A DNA stretch of 33,570 nucleotides from positions 61,630,920-61,664,489 of the forward strand of contig NC_068981.1 in the NCBI RefSeq assembly GCF_001194135.2. The letters are read 5' to 3'. The number at the start of each line of letters is the position of its first letter. Position 1 is the first letter of the stretch. The notes beneath the pieces are model-generated. The model ran no database searches and was not told the DNA's origin. It was given only the letters and a program-made list of their open reading frames with translations. The position numbers were made by a program, and so were the translations under genes. Positions 1 to 10,671 of this stretch are shown one piece after another. Source of the DNA: Octopus bimaculoides. Lineage: Eukaryota.

Positions 1-22
1 TATATATATATGTATGTTTAGG

Positions 23-135
23 ACGGGCTTATTACAGTTTCTGTCTACTAAATCTAATCACATGGCTTTGGTTTGCCCTAAGCTTTAGTACACGACACAT
101 GTTTAGTGTGCCACGTAGTGAGACTGTATCCGAAA
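23..135 (-). mobile_element. Degenerate fragment of the tRNA-derived SINE seen at 27175-27325
   Basis: Aligns by eye with the 27.2 kb copy (cagtttctgtctactaaatctaatcacatggctttgg...tagtac...gtgccacgtagtgagactg). Confidence 0.6.
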
Positions 136-862
136 CGAAATGCTCACCGTTTGAATCGCATTAAAAGCAGTTTACCTCTTTGTTGAATATTAAATTGTTC
201 GGAATATCAAGCTATCTACATGAATTGTGCTCAATAAAAGAAAAATATTAATCTATAGCGATTAAGATTAATGTAACATAGCTCTGATATGTATGATAAT
301 ACATCGAAGCAGCTAAGATTACAATCTTAAATGGATAACATCTTAGTATCATGACCTCTTCATAACATCAATATACCAGCTATAATATTTCGACTCTGTT
401 CTGTATAATTAGTAAAGAAACATATATTATATACGTAGGAAAATCTTGAAGTGCTAACGTATAAATTAAAAATTATTCCGTATAAAATGTAATCTGAAAA
501 ATTCAATATCTATATGACCATCACCTTCGGAATCGGTACGATTATGTCCATCTATAGTGATAATATTCTTTCTTTCTACATCCATTGCTATTTTCATTAA
601 TATCAATTGTATCATTACCAGTATTAGAATATATGAACTCTCTCCTCTACCGAAGTAACACATACCCTCATCGTTAATCATCCGATGCTTTTATTATCAT
701 CGATTGAAAACAGAACTGCAATAACATTATTGTATTAGGATTTTCAGTAGAAGTAAATAGATGATTGAGAAATTATTTTCTGTAATGCATTATATTCTTT
801 TACTTGATATAAGTGCATTTTTTGTTTTAGAATGATATATATGTATCCAAGCATACTCAAAC

Positions 863-936
863 ACACACATATACACGGATACATACACATATACATATAC
901 ATATATATGTATACATACACACACACACACAAACAT

Positions 937-991
<55 letters not shown>
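863..991. repeat. Compound (CA)n/(TA)n microsatellite
   Basis: Directly visible; it generates the spurious IYIYIY ORFs. Confidence 0.95.
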
Positions 992-994
<3 letters not shown>

Positions 995-1125
995 CGTCAC
1001 ATCTGCTACTTACGTTGCTCACATTGTAAACCTGGAGATATTATATAGCATTACTTTACACGGTAATAACATTCACAGAAATCGTAAATCATCACTTAAT
1101 TCCAGGAAATTATTTGCAGAAAAAT

Positions 1126-2082
1126 ATGGCACCGCACACGCAACTAAATGGTGAAATTGCTCCATCAATAGCAGAGGTTAGTTATTCAAACCCAGATGTC
1201 GTCGACACTTTCAAGTGAGAGATGCCTCAAGTGAAAACACAATTAGGAACTTAGTCCGTCATTTTGAAAAACAAGGGATAGTAAGTGAGCTCCCACTACC
1301 TGAGAGACTTCGTGCTGTCAGAACCGATGAGGCAAGGGAACGAGTGCGTGTGCTTGTTGAACAAAATCAGAGTACTTCGTTTAGAAATCAGCCCGGAGAG
1401 ATAGGGATTTCACGAGCTTCGCTGCGATGAGTTCTCAGCAGCAGAAGCCTTAAACATTTTCCCATACAAGGTACAGTTGGTTTAACAGTTGAAGCTCAGG
1501 ACAACGAATACAGGCTCCAATACGCAATCAGAATCCAGGAATTGTTACAAAATGACCTAAATCATACACAAAAATTGATCGTGTCTGATGGAGCTCGCTT
1601 TCACTTGAATGGTTTCATCTAAAGACAAAATCGCCGGTTTGGGGCTCTGAGAATCTGAGAGCACTACAGCAAAGAGAATTGCACACCGTAAAGTGTACAC
1701 AATGGTGTGAAAATACGGAGGAGAAGATAATTGGGCCTTATTTCATTGAGGACGATGATGGAAATATTGTCGTCACATTGACTGGTGAACGGTATAGGTG
1801 CATTATCAGGAACTTTTTACAACCAGCCATCTAAAATAAGGTTCATATGTAGTTCTAGCAAGATGGGGCAACTGTTCATATAGTAAGAAAGACAATACAA
1901 TTGCTGAGACAATGATTTGGAGGACGAATCATTTCTCGCTGCTGCGATGTCAAGTAGTCATTGCCTTCCCCAGACTTCACCAACACTGACTTCTTCTTTT
2001 GGAGTATCACAAGGAGGAGGTTTATGTCAACAAACCTTCTTTTTGTGAGGATACTCAATGAGAAGGTTTATGTCAACAAACC
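1126..2082 (+). mobile_element. Decayed Tc1/mariner-superfamily transposase, DD41D (rosa/Visitor-type) with a DUF4817-like N-terminal HTH
   Basis: Manual translation across stops and frameshifts gives ..RRHFQVRDASSENTIRNLVRHFEKQG..FPYKVQLV..VSDGARFHLNG..IIGPYFIED..TGERYR..QDGATVH..SPDFTNTDFFFW. Catalytic Asp codons lie at 1587, 1862 and 1988. The interval 1862 to 1988 is 42 codons, so 41 residues separate D2 and D3. Confidence 0.88.
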
Positions 2083-2785
2083 AGAAATTCCCACAAAATC
2101 TTACTTTCACCGACTCTAGTACTCTTTCGACTCGATTGTACCATGTGCGTCCAGCTCCAAATCCCCATTTCTGGCACAGTTTCCAGTGTTTAACGTTTAC
2201 AACCTCGTCGTGCCTCAATCTTTTATATTCTTCCTGTGCCAACTTGGGAATTCTGTCACGATGTGTGCCATTGTCTAGTTCCAAGTTTCACAGGCTCTAA
2301 ATTTTTCTGACCCAAACTCTCCATATATATTTTATCTCAAGTTGTTTTTTTTTATTACTTGATTTTGGGATGCTACCATTAGGTTCTGTATTTGTTTTTT
2401 TTTTGTCCGTTTTTTTAAACCAAACCCAGGATTTTGTTCCACATATGTCTTCAGTGGCTCTCCAAAATTGGCCATGCAGAGGTTTCTCCTCGATCTATCT
2501 GACGTGCTCTCTTTGAATTTCATTCTTGTTCTCTTCTTCTATTACGCGTTTCATCCCTGTTCTTAACTACCTTTAGTTGTTTTTCTGTGCTGCTCTGTAA
2601 ATTAGACTTTTTCTTTTCACCTGTACGTATTCGTCTTCTGTCATTAAACCTTTTTCACTCTGGTCCCTCCTCAAGTACAGCAGTTTGATATCAACTTTCG
2701 GATGGTGGGCTCCATACATCGTCAAAAACCTCCAAGTTTGTCTGTCAAGAAACCTAAGTGTTTCCACAAGATTACTACTTTTTCT
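2083..2785 (-). mobile_element. Fragment of an R4/Dong-type (RLE) non-LTR retrotransposon: post-RT region and degenerate CCHC knuckle
   Basis: Motifs LDRQTWRFLTMYGAHHPKVDI..LYLRR, PLHGQFWRATED..WVWFK, NLMVASQNQ, RAC..TMAHIVTE.PKLAQEEYKRLRHD..HWKLCQKWG..WYNRVERVLES are spread over frameshifted minus-strand ORFs (2573-2767, 2332-2523, 2027-2284). Confidence 0.85.
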
Positions 2786-2788
2786 GAA

Positions 2789-2831
2789 TCATTATTATTA
2801 TCGTCGTCGTGATCGTCATCATCGTCATCAC

Positions 2832-2897
<66 letters not shown>

Positions 2898-2906
2898 TAT
2901 CATCAT
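2789..2906. repeat. (ATT)n/(CGT)n/(CAT)n compound trinucleotide microsatellite
   Basis: Directly visible; it produces the poly-His and poly-Met pseudo-ORFs. Confidence 0.95.
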
Positions 2907-3050
2907 ACCACAGAGGTCGACTTTGCCTTTCATCCTTTTAGAATTGATAAAATAAGTGCTAGTTGAAAACTGGGGTTCATGCAATAGATTTGTTCTCCAC
3001 CGCGTGAAATTGCTGGCATCATAATAAAATTTGAAACCATTATTCTTGTT
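2907..3050 (+). mobile_element. SINE 3' portion with conserved core (gaggtcgactttgcctttcatcct...gataaaataagt...)
   Basis: Similar by eye to copies at ~12980-13090 (-), ~23765-23875 (-) and 33440-33570 (+). Confidence 0.75.
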
Positions 3051-3149
3051 GTTATTATTGGTGTTGGTGTTATTCTTTTCTTTATGTTGCTATTGTCGTT
3101 CTTGCTGAATTGGCATTTCGTTTATTCTATTGTGTGCTAAGAGATACAT

Positions 3150-4679
3150 CATAGGATAGATGAGAGAAGACTAGTGAAGAATGAACCGGAATTGTACAAA
3201 CAATTGAACAAAGAGATTCGAAATATGTGCAAAATAGCAAAAGAAGAATACCTGGAGGGATGTTGTGAAGAGATTGAAGAGCTGAAAAAGAAATCTGCAT
3301 AGATATTGCATGGTAAAGTTAGACAGACTACATTTAGGAGGAGGAAAAATTAGACTGGCTTTAGTAAAGACAAAATGACACAATTCTAATGAATGACGGG
3401 TTAGTCAAAAGAAGGTGGACCGACTACAGCAAGCTGATGGAAGTCCATATGATTACAGCAGCCGAAATCAAGCAGACTATGGACAAAATGAAATGTGGAA
3501 AAGAGACGGGAAATGATAACATCGCGTTCGAACTAGTAAATGCTTTGGGGGAGCTTTGGAGTAGAAAAATTAACAGAGATAGCGAACCATGTTTACAACT
3601 CTGGGGATATTTCTAAAGAAATGCTGGAATCAATCTTCATCGTCTTGCCTAAATAGTCTGGGACAATCCAGTGCAAAACTCACAGAACGTGACAAAGATT
3701 TGAGAGTGGAGTTAAATCGAGTGAAAGGTACTATTAGGGGAATCCTATGAGATGAATAGTTCGGCTATCGAACACGGAAGGGGGCGAGAAATGCAATTCT
3801 GTGCTTGAGGACGTTGGTGGAAAAGTGTATAGAGAAACAAAAGCACTTGTACATCTGTTTTATCGATTATGTGAAGGCGTTTGACTGTGGTGTCAAGCAT
3901 GGAGAGTTGGTGAGAATGGTGGAAGAACTCGAGATTGATGGAAAAGATCTAAGAATGATTCAAAAGTTGTATTGGGACAGGAAAGCAGCCATCAGAGTGC
4001 ATGTAGAATTGGGCGACTGGATCAACATTCAGGAAGGGGTCCGGCAGGATTGTATTTTGTCACCTGATTTATTCATCCTATATCGTGAGAAAGGTCTAAG
4101 CAAGATCAAGACAATATCAAGACTACAAATGGGGGAAAGGAATTATAACAATCTAAGGTACGCAGACGATACGGCTTTGTTTGCGGACACAGAAGAGAAG
4201 CTTCAGGGATTGATTAATATCGTGACCGAGGAGAGTGGAAAGCTTGGATTGACGAATAACTTCCAGAAAACTTACTCAGTGGTCTGTACCAAGAAATTAC
4301 AGGAATCTGTATGTCACTTGAAGGTGAATGGAACTGAAATAGAGCAGAAAGACAATCTCATATATCTAGGAATTTGGATAATATCAGATGGAAGGTCAGA
4401 TAAGGACATCAAGTGCAGAATTGGATTAAGAATATTTTTATGAATATTAGGAGCACTTTTTGTGCTAAGAGAAGCGGAATGAGAGTTAAGAAAAGACTAT
4501 TAAAGTGCTACATGTGGTCGGTACTAACGTTTTGGATGATAAGCAAAATCATGGAGAAGAGACACAAAACTGCAGAAATGTGATGTTATAGAAAAATGCT
4601 TAGAATCACGCGGCTACATAGGGTGATGAATGTGGAAGAGTTGAAGAACATGAAAGTGAAGAGACAGTTATTGGATACT

Positions 4680-4743
<64 letters not shown>

Positions 4744-4975
4744 CTTCTTGGTCATTTTCTCAGAAATAGATGATGAAATAAAGCGTTACATGGTGGAGAG
4801 TAAGATGGTGGGAAGGACAGCGAGACAAAGGCAGAGAACGAATATGTTGGACTGGATAAAGAAGAGATTGAGAGTGCAGAGCGAGAAAGACGTGGGTGAT
4901 GTTCCGAGAGACAGAAATAAATGGAGGAAGAACAAGTCATGATTCGTCAAAGATATGAATATGCCATGACAGAAG
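3150..4975 (+). mobile_element. 5'-truncated, decayed RTE-clade LINE (linker, reverse transcriptase and C-terminus)
   Basis: ORF 3805-4443 has FIDYVKAFD, GVRQDCILSPDLFILY and LRYADDTAL. Upstream reads LYKQLNKEIRNMCKIAKEEYLE. Downstream reads RLLKCYMWSVL and, across the (AG)n and a frameshift, ..LGHF..MVESKMVGRTARQRQRTNMLDWIK..DRNKWR. Many stops and frameshifts. Confidence 0.93.
4683..4738. repeat. (AG)n microsatellite inside the RTE LINE
   Basis: Directly visible. Confidence 0.95.
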
Positions 4976-5859
4976 AGAAAGTGTTAAGATCTACAGATTA
5001 TACTTTTGCATGACTTTCAAAACTTCGGATTGGTATTTTTTCATGAATTGTACACAAATATTGTTATTGAAGCTGAAGAAAGTTTAATTCGTCAATCACT
5101 TTGTCACATTTATAGAAAAAGAAACATGAAAGGTATTGAAACTGTTGTTCCTCTATCTAAGAATCAATTCAAAATGTCAAACAACACATGCTGTTCGACG
5201 AAAACAAAATTTTGCACAAGCAACACACAGAATTAATAGGAGCAATCTGATGTCTATGACCAATAACATTTATATGAAGAGGCCCACGAGATTAACAATT
5301 TCGGTGGTCATGTCAGCAACATATAGCTTTTCGCACAAATTTACAAACGCCGCAAAGGTTGGGGCATTATGGGTTTGAAGATAACTGCGGGGGCATAAAG
5401 ATGGAAAGAATTATATTACTAATTACTCTCCCTCATTGATAGAGGTTTTTCTCGTAGCGTGAGAAATGAAAATGCTGACGTACCAAATGTTCTTCCAGTT
5501 CAAAACAAGGTGGCAATTTTCTATGAGTTCAAAGTATGAAATATTGAAATTTAAGCGTGAATAGTTAATGTATTATAAATATTTTGTAAATATGCAACGT
5601 TAAATGTTAGGTTTTGTATTTCTGCTTTTGGGGAATGTACATCCAGCAAAAGAGACTCGCTGGTTTGATAAGTCTCGTCCCGAACCTAGAATCTTATTCA
5701 TCAGAGTTCATTTTCATATGTAATGGCACTCCAATTCACACTAACTCTAGGGCATTGTTGTATTTGGAATGCAGTATAGGTTAATTGCAATTGTTAAAAT
5801 GACAACGAACAACAATTGGTGGGGAGAGGTATTCTATGGATTTGCTTCCGTAACACACA

Positions 5860-6050
5860 GAATTTAAAATATGCCCACAGTGGAATATTCCGGACAACGT
5901 CTCTCCACAATTCATAATCCTGGCAACCGCTTGTTACTAAGTTTTGTATTGTTCGTGCAAGCGAACCTCTATTGCGACTCCCCTGAGTTGGTTCCCACAA
6001 TAGTAACTTCTGTATAACATACTGCTTAATTCTCCTGCAATCTTTTTGTA
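5860..6050 (-). mobile_element. 3' end fragment of an RTE-group LINE
   Basis: Minus-strand translation LLWEPTQGSRNRG..ARTIQNLVTSG..ELWRDVV resembles RTE C-termini (LLWEP.HG.R..GRP...Y.DQL..DTG...W). Confidence 0.55.
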
Positions 6051-6299
6051 AAGTGTAACCCTTAGATTACATCTATAGCAAAAAGTATTTCATCATACGT
6101 GCCATATGCAACTAGAATTGAAATAAGTTATCTTCTATGGATAGAGTAAAAACAACATTTTGGTGTCAACGAAATCTAATACAACTCACAACTTCTCTGA
6201 TGTGACACCTACTAGTCACCTCTGAAGAGTCAAATTTATGGGAAATTTGATCTATTCTCTCTGAAATCATTTTGTTTTATTCAGAGTTTCGGACCTAGA

Positions 6300-6500
6300 T
6301 GTTGTCTTATTGCAGAAATATACCCCGGCTGAGACACAGAGATACATGCAAAGAGCATTACGAACCGGGGAAAAAAGCTTGACGTAACTTTGACTACACG
6401 TGTCACAGGAAGATGTTCGTACCCGAGTAGAAAAAAACAAGGGCAAAGACGACAACTGGATATGGTGTCTTCTATTCTCGAAATCGATAGAGGTCCCAAA
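6300..6500 (+). mobile_element. Possible highly decayed piggyBac transposase core fragment
   Basis: Joining frames gives TCKEHYEPGKKLDV..TGRCSY....DNWIWCL, which resembles piggyBac C...Y.PG..L.VDE.L..F.GRCSF.QY.P.KP.KYGIKIW.L. It needs several frameshifts. Confidence 0.35.
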
Positions 6501-6966
6501 ATCTAAACAGTACGACAAGGTCTAATTTCTACTGACATGGACAATATTTGCGGGGTTGAAATCTACCACCTTCCAACTGCAAATATACTCCTCCTCAGAA
6601 CAGAAATGATAACAATCATAACTGTATGATGAATAAAATTTGACTGATCCTCGAACGTCAAGCGAGGATCACACATTTGACGAGCCAGATGTATTGTAAG
6701 CATATATTGCCGTAAAAAAAAAACTAACATTGGAAAGCTTCAATTGCTAGAAACATTAACTGCTTGATAGGGAGAATGTTGACACCATAATCAACCCACT
6801 ATAAAATTTTAACGTTTAGCAAACACTTTTCAATGCATTGAACTGCAGTATGTGTTACCATGGGTAGGTAGCCCTGTGGTGCTTTTACCCTTTTATCGCG
6901 GACCTCCTAAACTTTATTTGAACCTATAACTGGCTTCTTGAGCTAAATAAACTGAAAACTGGGTTA

Positions 6967-6976
6967 NNNNNNNNNN
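6967..6976. other. Assembly gap (10 N)
   Basis: N run. Confidence 0.99.
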
Positions 6977-7039
6977 ATATATACATATCAATGTCAATAA
7001 CAATTTAACAACACAAACATGCAACAGAGATGCCTACCC

Positions 7040-7610
7040 GGCTCCTAGTGCCAATATTCCACCTTGGTATGCCAATCAGTCCAGCATGTTGATCCTCTTT
7101 TGACGCAAAGATGAACCTTGCATTTTTAGCAATAGACGGCTGATTTGACTGCTTTGACTGGATAATGCATATAAGGTACATCGGGGTTTCCTGCTTTGTT
7201 GTACGTCTTGGCACATACAACACACAGTGTGCTTGTGGACTGATTATCTGGAGTATATGGATGGTGGTGGCCTAAGTTTGGCAGAAAAATAGGGACTTCG
7301 CGATCATGAGTACAGTCCGACACTGAACTGATCTAGAAAACTGTGGAATGTATACTTCATGTCCTTCTGAAAATAAAGGGACCGAAATAGAATAAATACA
7401 TTGTAGATAGCCTACATTAGAAATTTCACGAAGAACCTCCTTGGCCAGCGATAATGGCGTCTTGTGTGTTAAAGTCCCGTTATTTGATCGTTAGTTTAAA
7501 ATAAATTGTGGTATTTTAGTGCACATGCACCCCAACGGTAGGATTGTGCTACGGTATAGAAAAAAATAAGGCATCCACCGATAAATCGGTGTTACGGCTC
7601 AAAGGGTTAA
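7040..7610 (-). mobile_element. Internally deleted piggyBac-like element: TTAA|CCCTTT end plus C-terminal cysteine-rich domain
   Basis: Terminus aaaggg|ttaa at 7601-7610. Minus strand reads GHHHP..TLCVVCAK...SAVYC*KCKVHLCVKRGSTCWTDWHTKVEYWH*, a PGBD4-like C-terminal cysteine-rich domain with one nonsense codon. Confidence 0.75.
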
Positions 7611-9015
7611 TGTGAGATAACGACTGGTTACATTCCTCTGTGTGGGCGTAAACTATATGTTTACCGTTTTTTGCCCCTGCGTAATTTGCATCTTTTTTCA
7701 ATCTATTATTTATCTATTCTGTGTATTTGTGTTGTAATAAAGAATTTGTAACCTTTGAAGTCTTAGATATACTACCCGTTTCATCCTTTTCGTTTGACTT
7801 AATCTCAATTACTGTGTATCTCAACATTTATTTGTAAGGATTCAGTTCAACGTAGTAGCAGCGGAAGAGGAAATGGTAGGGTGGGTTTTGGTAACGAATT
7901 AGTAACTGCAGATCTTTATCTCAGCATCACTGATTGCAATCGCTCTAGGATGTTCTATCCATTTGCGTTTGAAATAATTATTCTCAATAATGACTGTTGT
8001 CGATTGACTTGACTAAACGTAATCTGCGAAATTGCTGCTTCGCTTGCTGTTTGAAAATAATGTTATTTTGACGATATAGCAACTGATTCAGGAGAGTGGT
8101 ACCTTAAATTAGATGTGATTTTATCACAAATACTGCCAGGATTAGTCGAATAATTAACAATCATATGCTGACATCGACCGATTATATCTTTCATATGTCT
8201 TGTTTACAACTGTATAAACTTATATTGCATAAAAAAACCCAATTAAAATGCATAATGTTTAATCGTCTAATTATACAGATTATGTAAAAGTTACATTTGA
8301 ATATTATTCTCTAGACATTTAACAAGTTTCATTCTGTGTCGTTGTTTTTACCTCTCTTAAATGCAATACTAATTGAGCAATCATCCTGGCAATGTTAAAA
8401 TACCAAAGATGGTGATGATGAGAGAGAAGTTCTTAGATGCGACAAAAATGATGAGTACGAAGATGATGATGTAATATAGTAGAGATTAAGAGATTCACCC
8501 AGGGATATGTAGCTTAAATGCTAGTTTACTACGTTACTAGGAAGTTAAATTATATTACCCTTCTAAACTGAGTTTACAATGTAATCTTCAATTTGCCAAC
8601 TTCGATTTGTAATTTAGGTGCCATGATACTGTTAATTTACAATGGAAAATTAGGAGATTTTTTTTCGAAAATCGCAGTTAAATATTCCTTCGATATAAAA
8701 ACAATAATTAAAGTCCTTTCTCCGAGATCACAAGTGAGATATGTTCATTTTGTTAGCATCAGCATTTCAATAAAACGTCAACGCATGACAGGAATCAAAG
8801 AATTAATGAATTTTGTCGCAAAGAGTATGCACACCTCAGGGAAATTGATATTTTATATTTTCATATAAGAACGGTAGATCTTAATGTACTATGAAAAGTG
8901 GCCCATGTGTCTGTAACTGATGTTTAATAGCTTCTCATCAAAATGTTATTCATAGCATAGCTGAGTATGAAAAGTTCCGCATTGTCTCTTCTCATTTGCT
9001 ACTTTGACTTTTTTC

Positions 9016-9016
9016 C

Positions 9017-9111
<95 letters not shown>

Positions 9112-9128
9112 CATACATATATATATAT
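9016..9128. repeat. (TA)n microsatellite
   Basis: Directly visible. Confidence 0.97.
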
Positions 9129-9197
9129 GGGAGAATATACAAATAATAACAACAGACGAGGACAGGTGGTGTAAATAACAAAAGTATATATTAGTAT

Positions 9198-9250
9198 GAC
9201 GCTCGGGAATACGGAAAGTCTTTGACGTTTCGAGCTACGCTCTTCAACAG
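9198..9250 (-). ncRNA. Degenerate hammerhead-ribozyme-like motif of the Penelope-associated type
   Basis: Minus strand: CTGTTGA-A-GAGC(GTA)GCTC-GAAA-CGT...GCGTC. The core has one deviation from CUGANGA, stem II pairs 4 bp, a GUC triplet is present, and stem I is poor. Confidence 0.35.
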
Positions 9251-9799
9251 AAAGAATACGGAGAAATATATATATGTATATATATATATTGGTTGTTTTG
9301 TTTTGGTCTTTAACACTCTACTCAGCTCTGAATGTAGATCTTTTACGTTTTCTTTTTTAACCTTGTCTTCTTTTTTCTTTTGTTGCCAGTTATAAGATTG
9401 AAAATTGAAGACTGATGATGTCATTCTGTCAAAGCGGGAACGCAGAATCTCCTCGTTTAAACTTTTAAATTTGAATTTCTATAGTTTTGGATTTCTATAA
9501 TTGTGAATCTCTATATATCACTCGTCCCTCGATATTGTCCCCCATGTCTTGGGTCATTGTGGCCAATAAAAGAAATCATCATTATTATTATCATTGTTCC
9601 TCATTATTAATATTATTATATTATTTTTAATAGAATAAATTATATGATCCTCGCCATCATTATCAACACCACAACCGCCATTATCATCAACAACAACATC
9701 GTCATATTTTACTTCTGAGATATTAATTGCTCCCGTTAATTCTGTGAGAACGGACAGCCACTCGTTGTCAGTTGCTTCAGAGGTTCTCTCCGGGTCTCT

Positions 9800-10480
9800 T
9801 TCCATGAATTAAAAGTCTTGGTACCTTCATGCTAAGTATCGTAGAATATACTTATCGTCCAAGTACCAATCTCAAAGCAGAACAAAATTCTGAGCATGCT
9901 GTACCTTCGTGTCAATTCTAATCTCTGCAATATATTCCTTCGGCTTGGATGAGAGTTATTTCCTTGCTCATACTCTTGCAAATTCTTCCTCTAATAACTT
10001 GTATTTTTCTATCTTTTCCTGATATGACTATATCTATAAACGTATTTCCTTTGTTTCCTTTTATCCACTACAACAATAGGTATTTGTTTGAGAGAATCGT
10101 AAGCTCATTATTCTCAGGGACGCTTTCTGGTTCATGTTCGTACCATGTGTGCATTATTCCCAACCGTGCTTCTAACATATTCTATAGTGAACAGAAATAG
10201 CCACACTATCGTGGTTCCTTTCGTATTCCATTTGGGCTAGTTATCTACACTCACTAACAATTTGTAACATTGCTTCGTTTTTTACTGCCACAAATCCTAG
10301 AAATGGGTAGTTCACTTTCCTTACCTATTTGGAACTTAGTGCAATAAGTTCGTAGAGGTAGTACGTGTACCCTGCATATAAATGCTTCAGTGCATTCTTT
10401 TAGATTGTTTTTCCTTAGCCAACATTGGTGCTGCTCTCGTCTTTCCCTTAGATTTGTTTGAGTCATTACCCATACATTGT
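9800..10480 (-). mobile_element. 3' fragment of an R4/Dong-type RLE non-LTR retrotransposon
   Basis: Reads WLRKNNLKECTEAFI..LRT..KFQIGKESELPISRICGSK, VSECR*LAQMEYERNHDSVA, WYEHEPESVPENNELTIL and PIVVVDKRKQ. AAT/GAT-rich sequence follows on the element strand (9575-9700). Confidence 0.8.
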
Positions 10481-10671
10481 TTTCATTTACCAGTTGTTAT
10501 CTGTTATTTGTGAGTGTTGGTGAGTGCTACTGTTCCCTTCGTATTTTCTATTCTTGATAAACAGTGTTGCCCTTATTTATATTACTACTGGTTCGTTCTG
10601 TTCCAGGATTTACACCTTCACAACGGGCATCTCTCGGTAGCATCATTCTGTATCGTGGCTTTGTAGTTAGC

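Noticed and set aside
744-1029. ORFs rich in IY, CV, TH, poly-H/M/N/T and YLSI here and throughout the window
   Set aside because: They are translations of microsatellites that lack stop codons, not genes.
3805-4443. 212-aa reverse transcriptase ORF as a functional or domesticated gene (or a retron/DGR-type RT)
   Set aside because: It is embedded in a colinear RTE LINE with stops and frameshifts on both sides, starts at a non-ATG codon and has no accessory ncRNA or template repeat.
5000-5500. Coding-looking block with several short ORFs
   Set aside because: No recognisable motif in any frame; I cannot assign it to a gene or TE.
5660-5690. Mariner TIR-like string (ggtttgataagtctcgtccc)
   Set aside because: No partner TIR or transposase nearby.
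6055-6966. gtaaccctt (6055) and ctgggtta|N (6959-6966) as the two ends of a piggyBac
   Set aside because: Sequences beyond CCC/GGG are not complementary, and the right side runs into a gap.
7830-8010. About 60 open codons on the plus strand after an acceptor-like ttgtaag
   Set aside because: No motif, no convincing donor and a length expected by chance.
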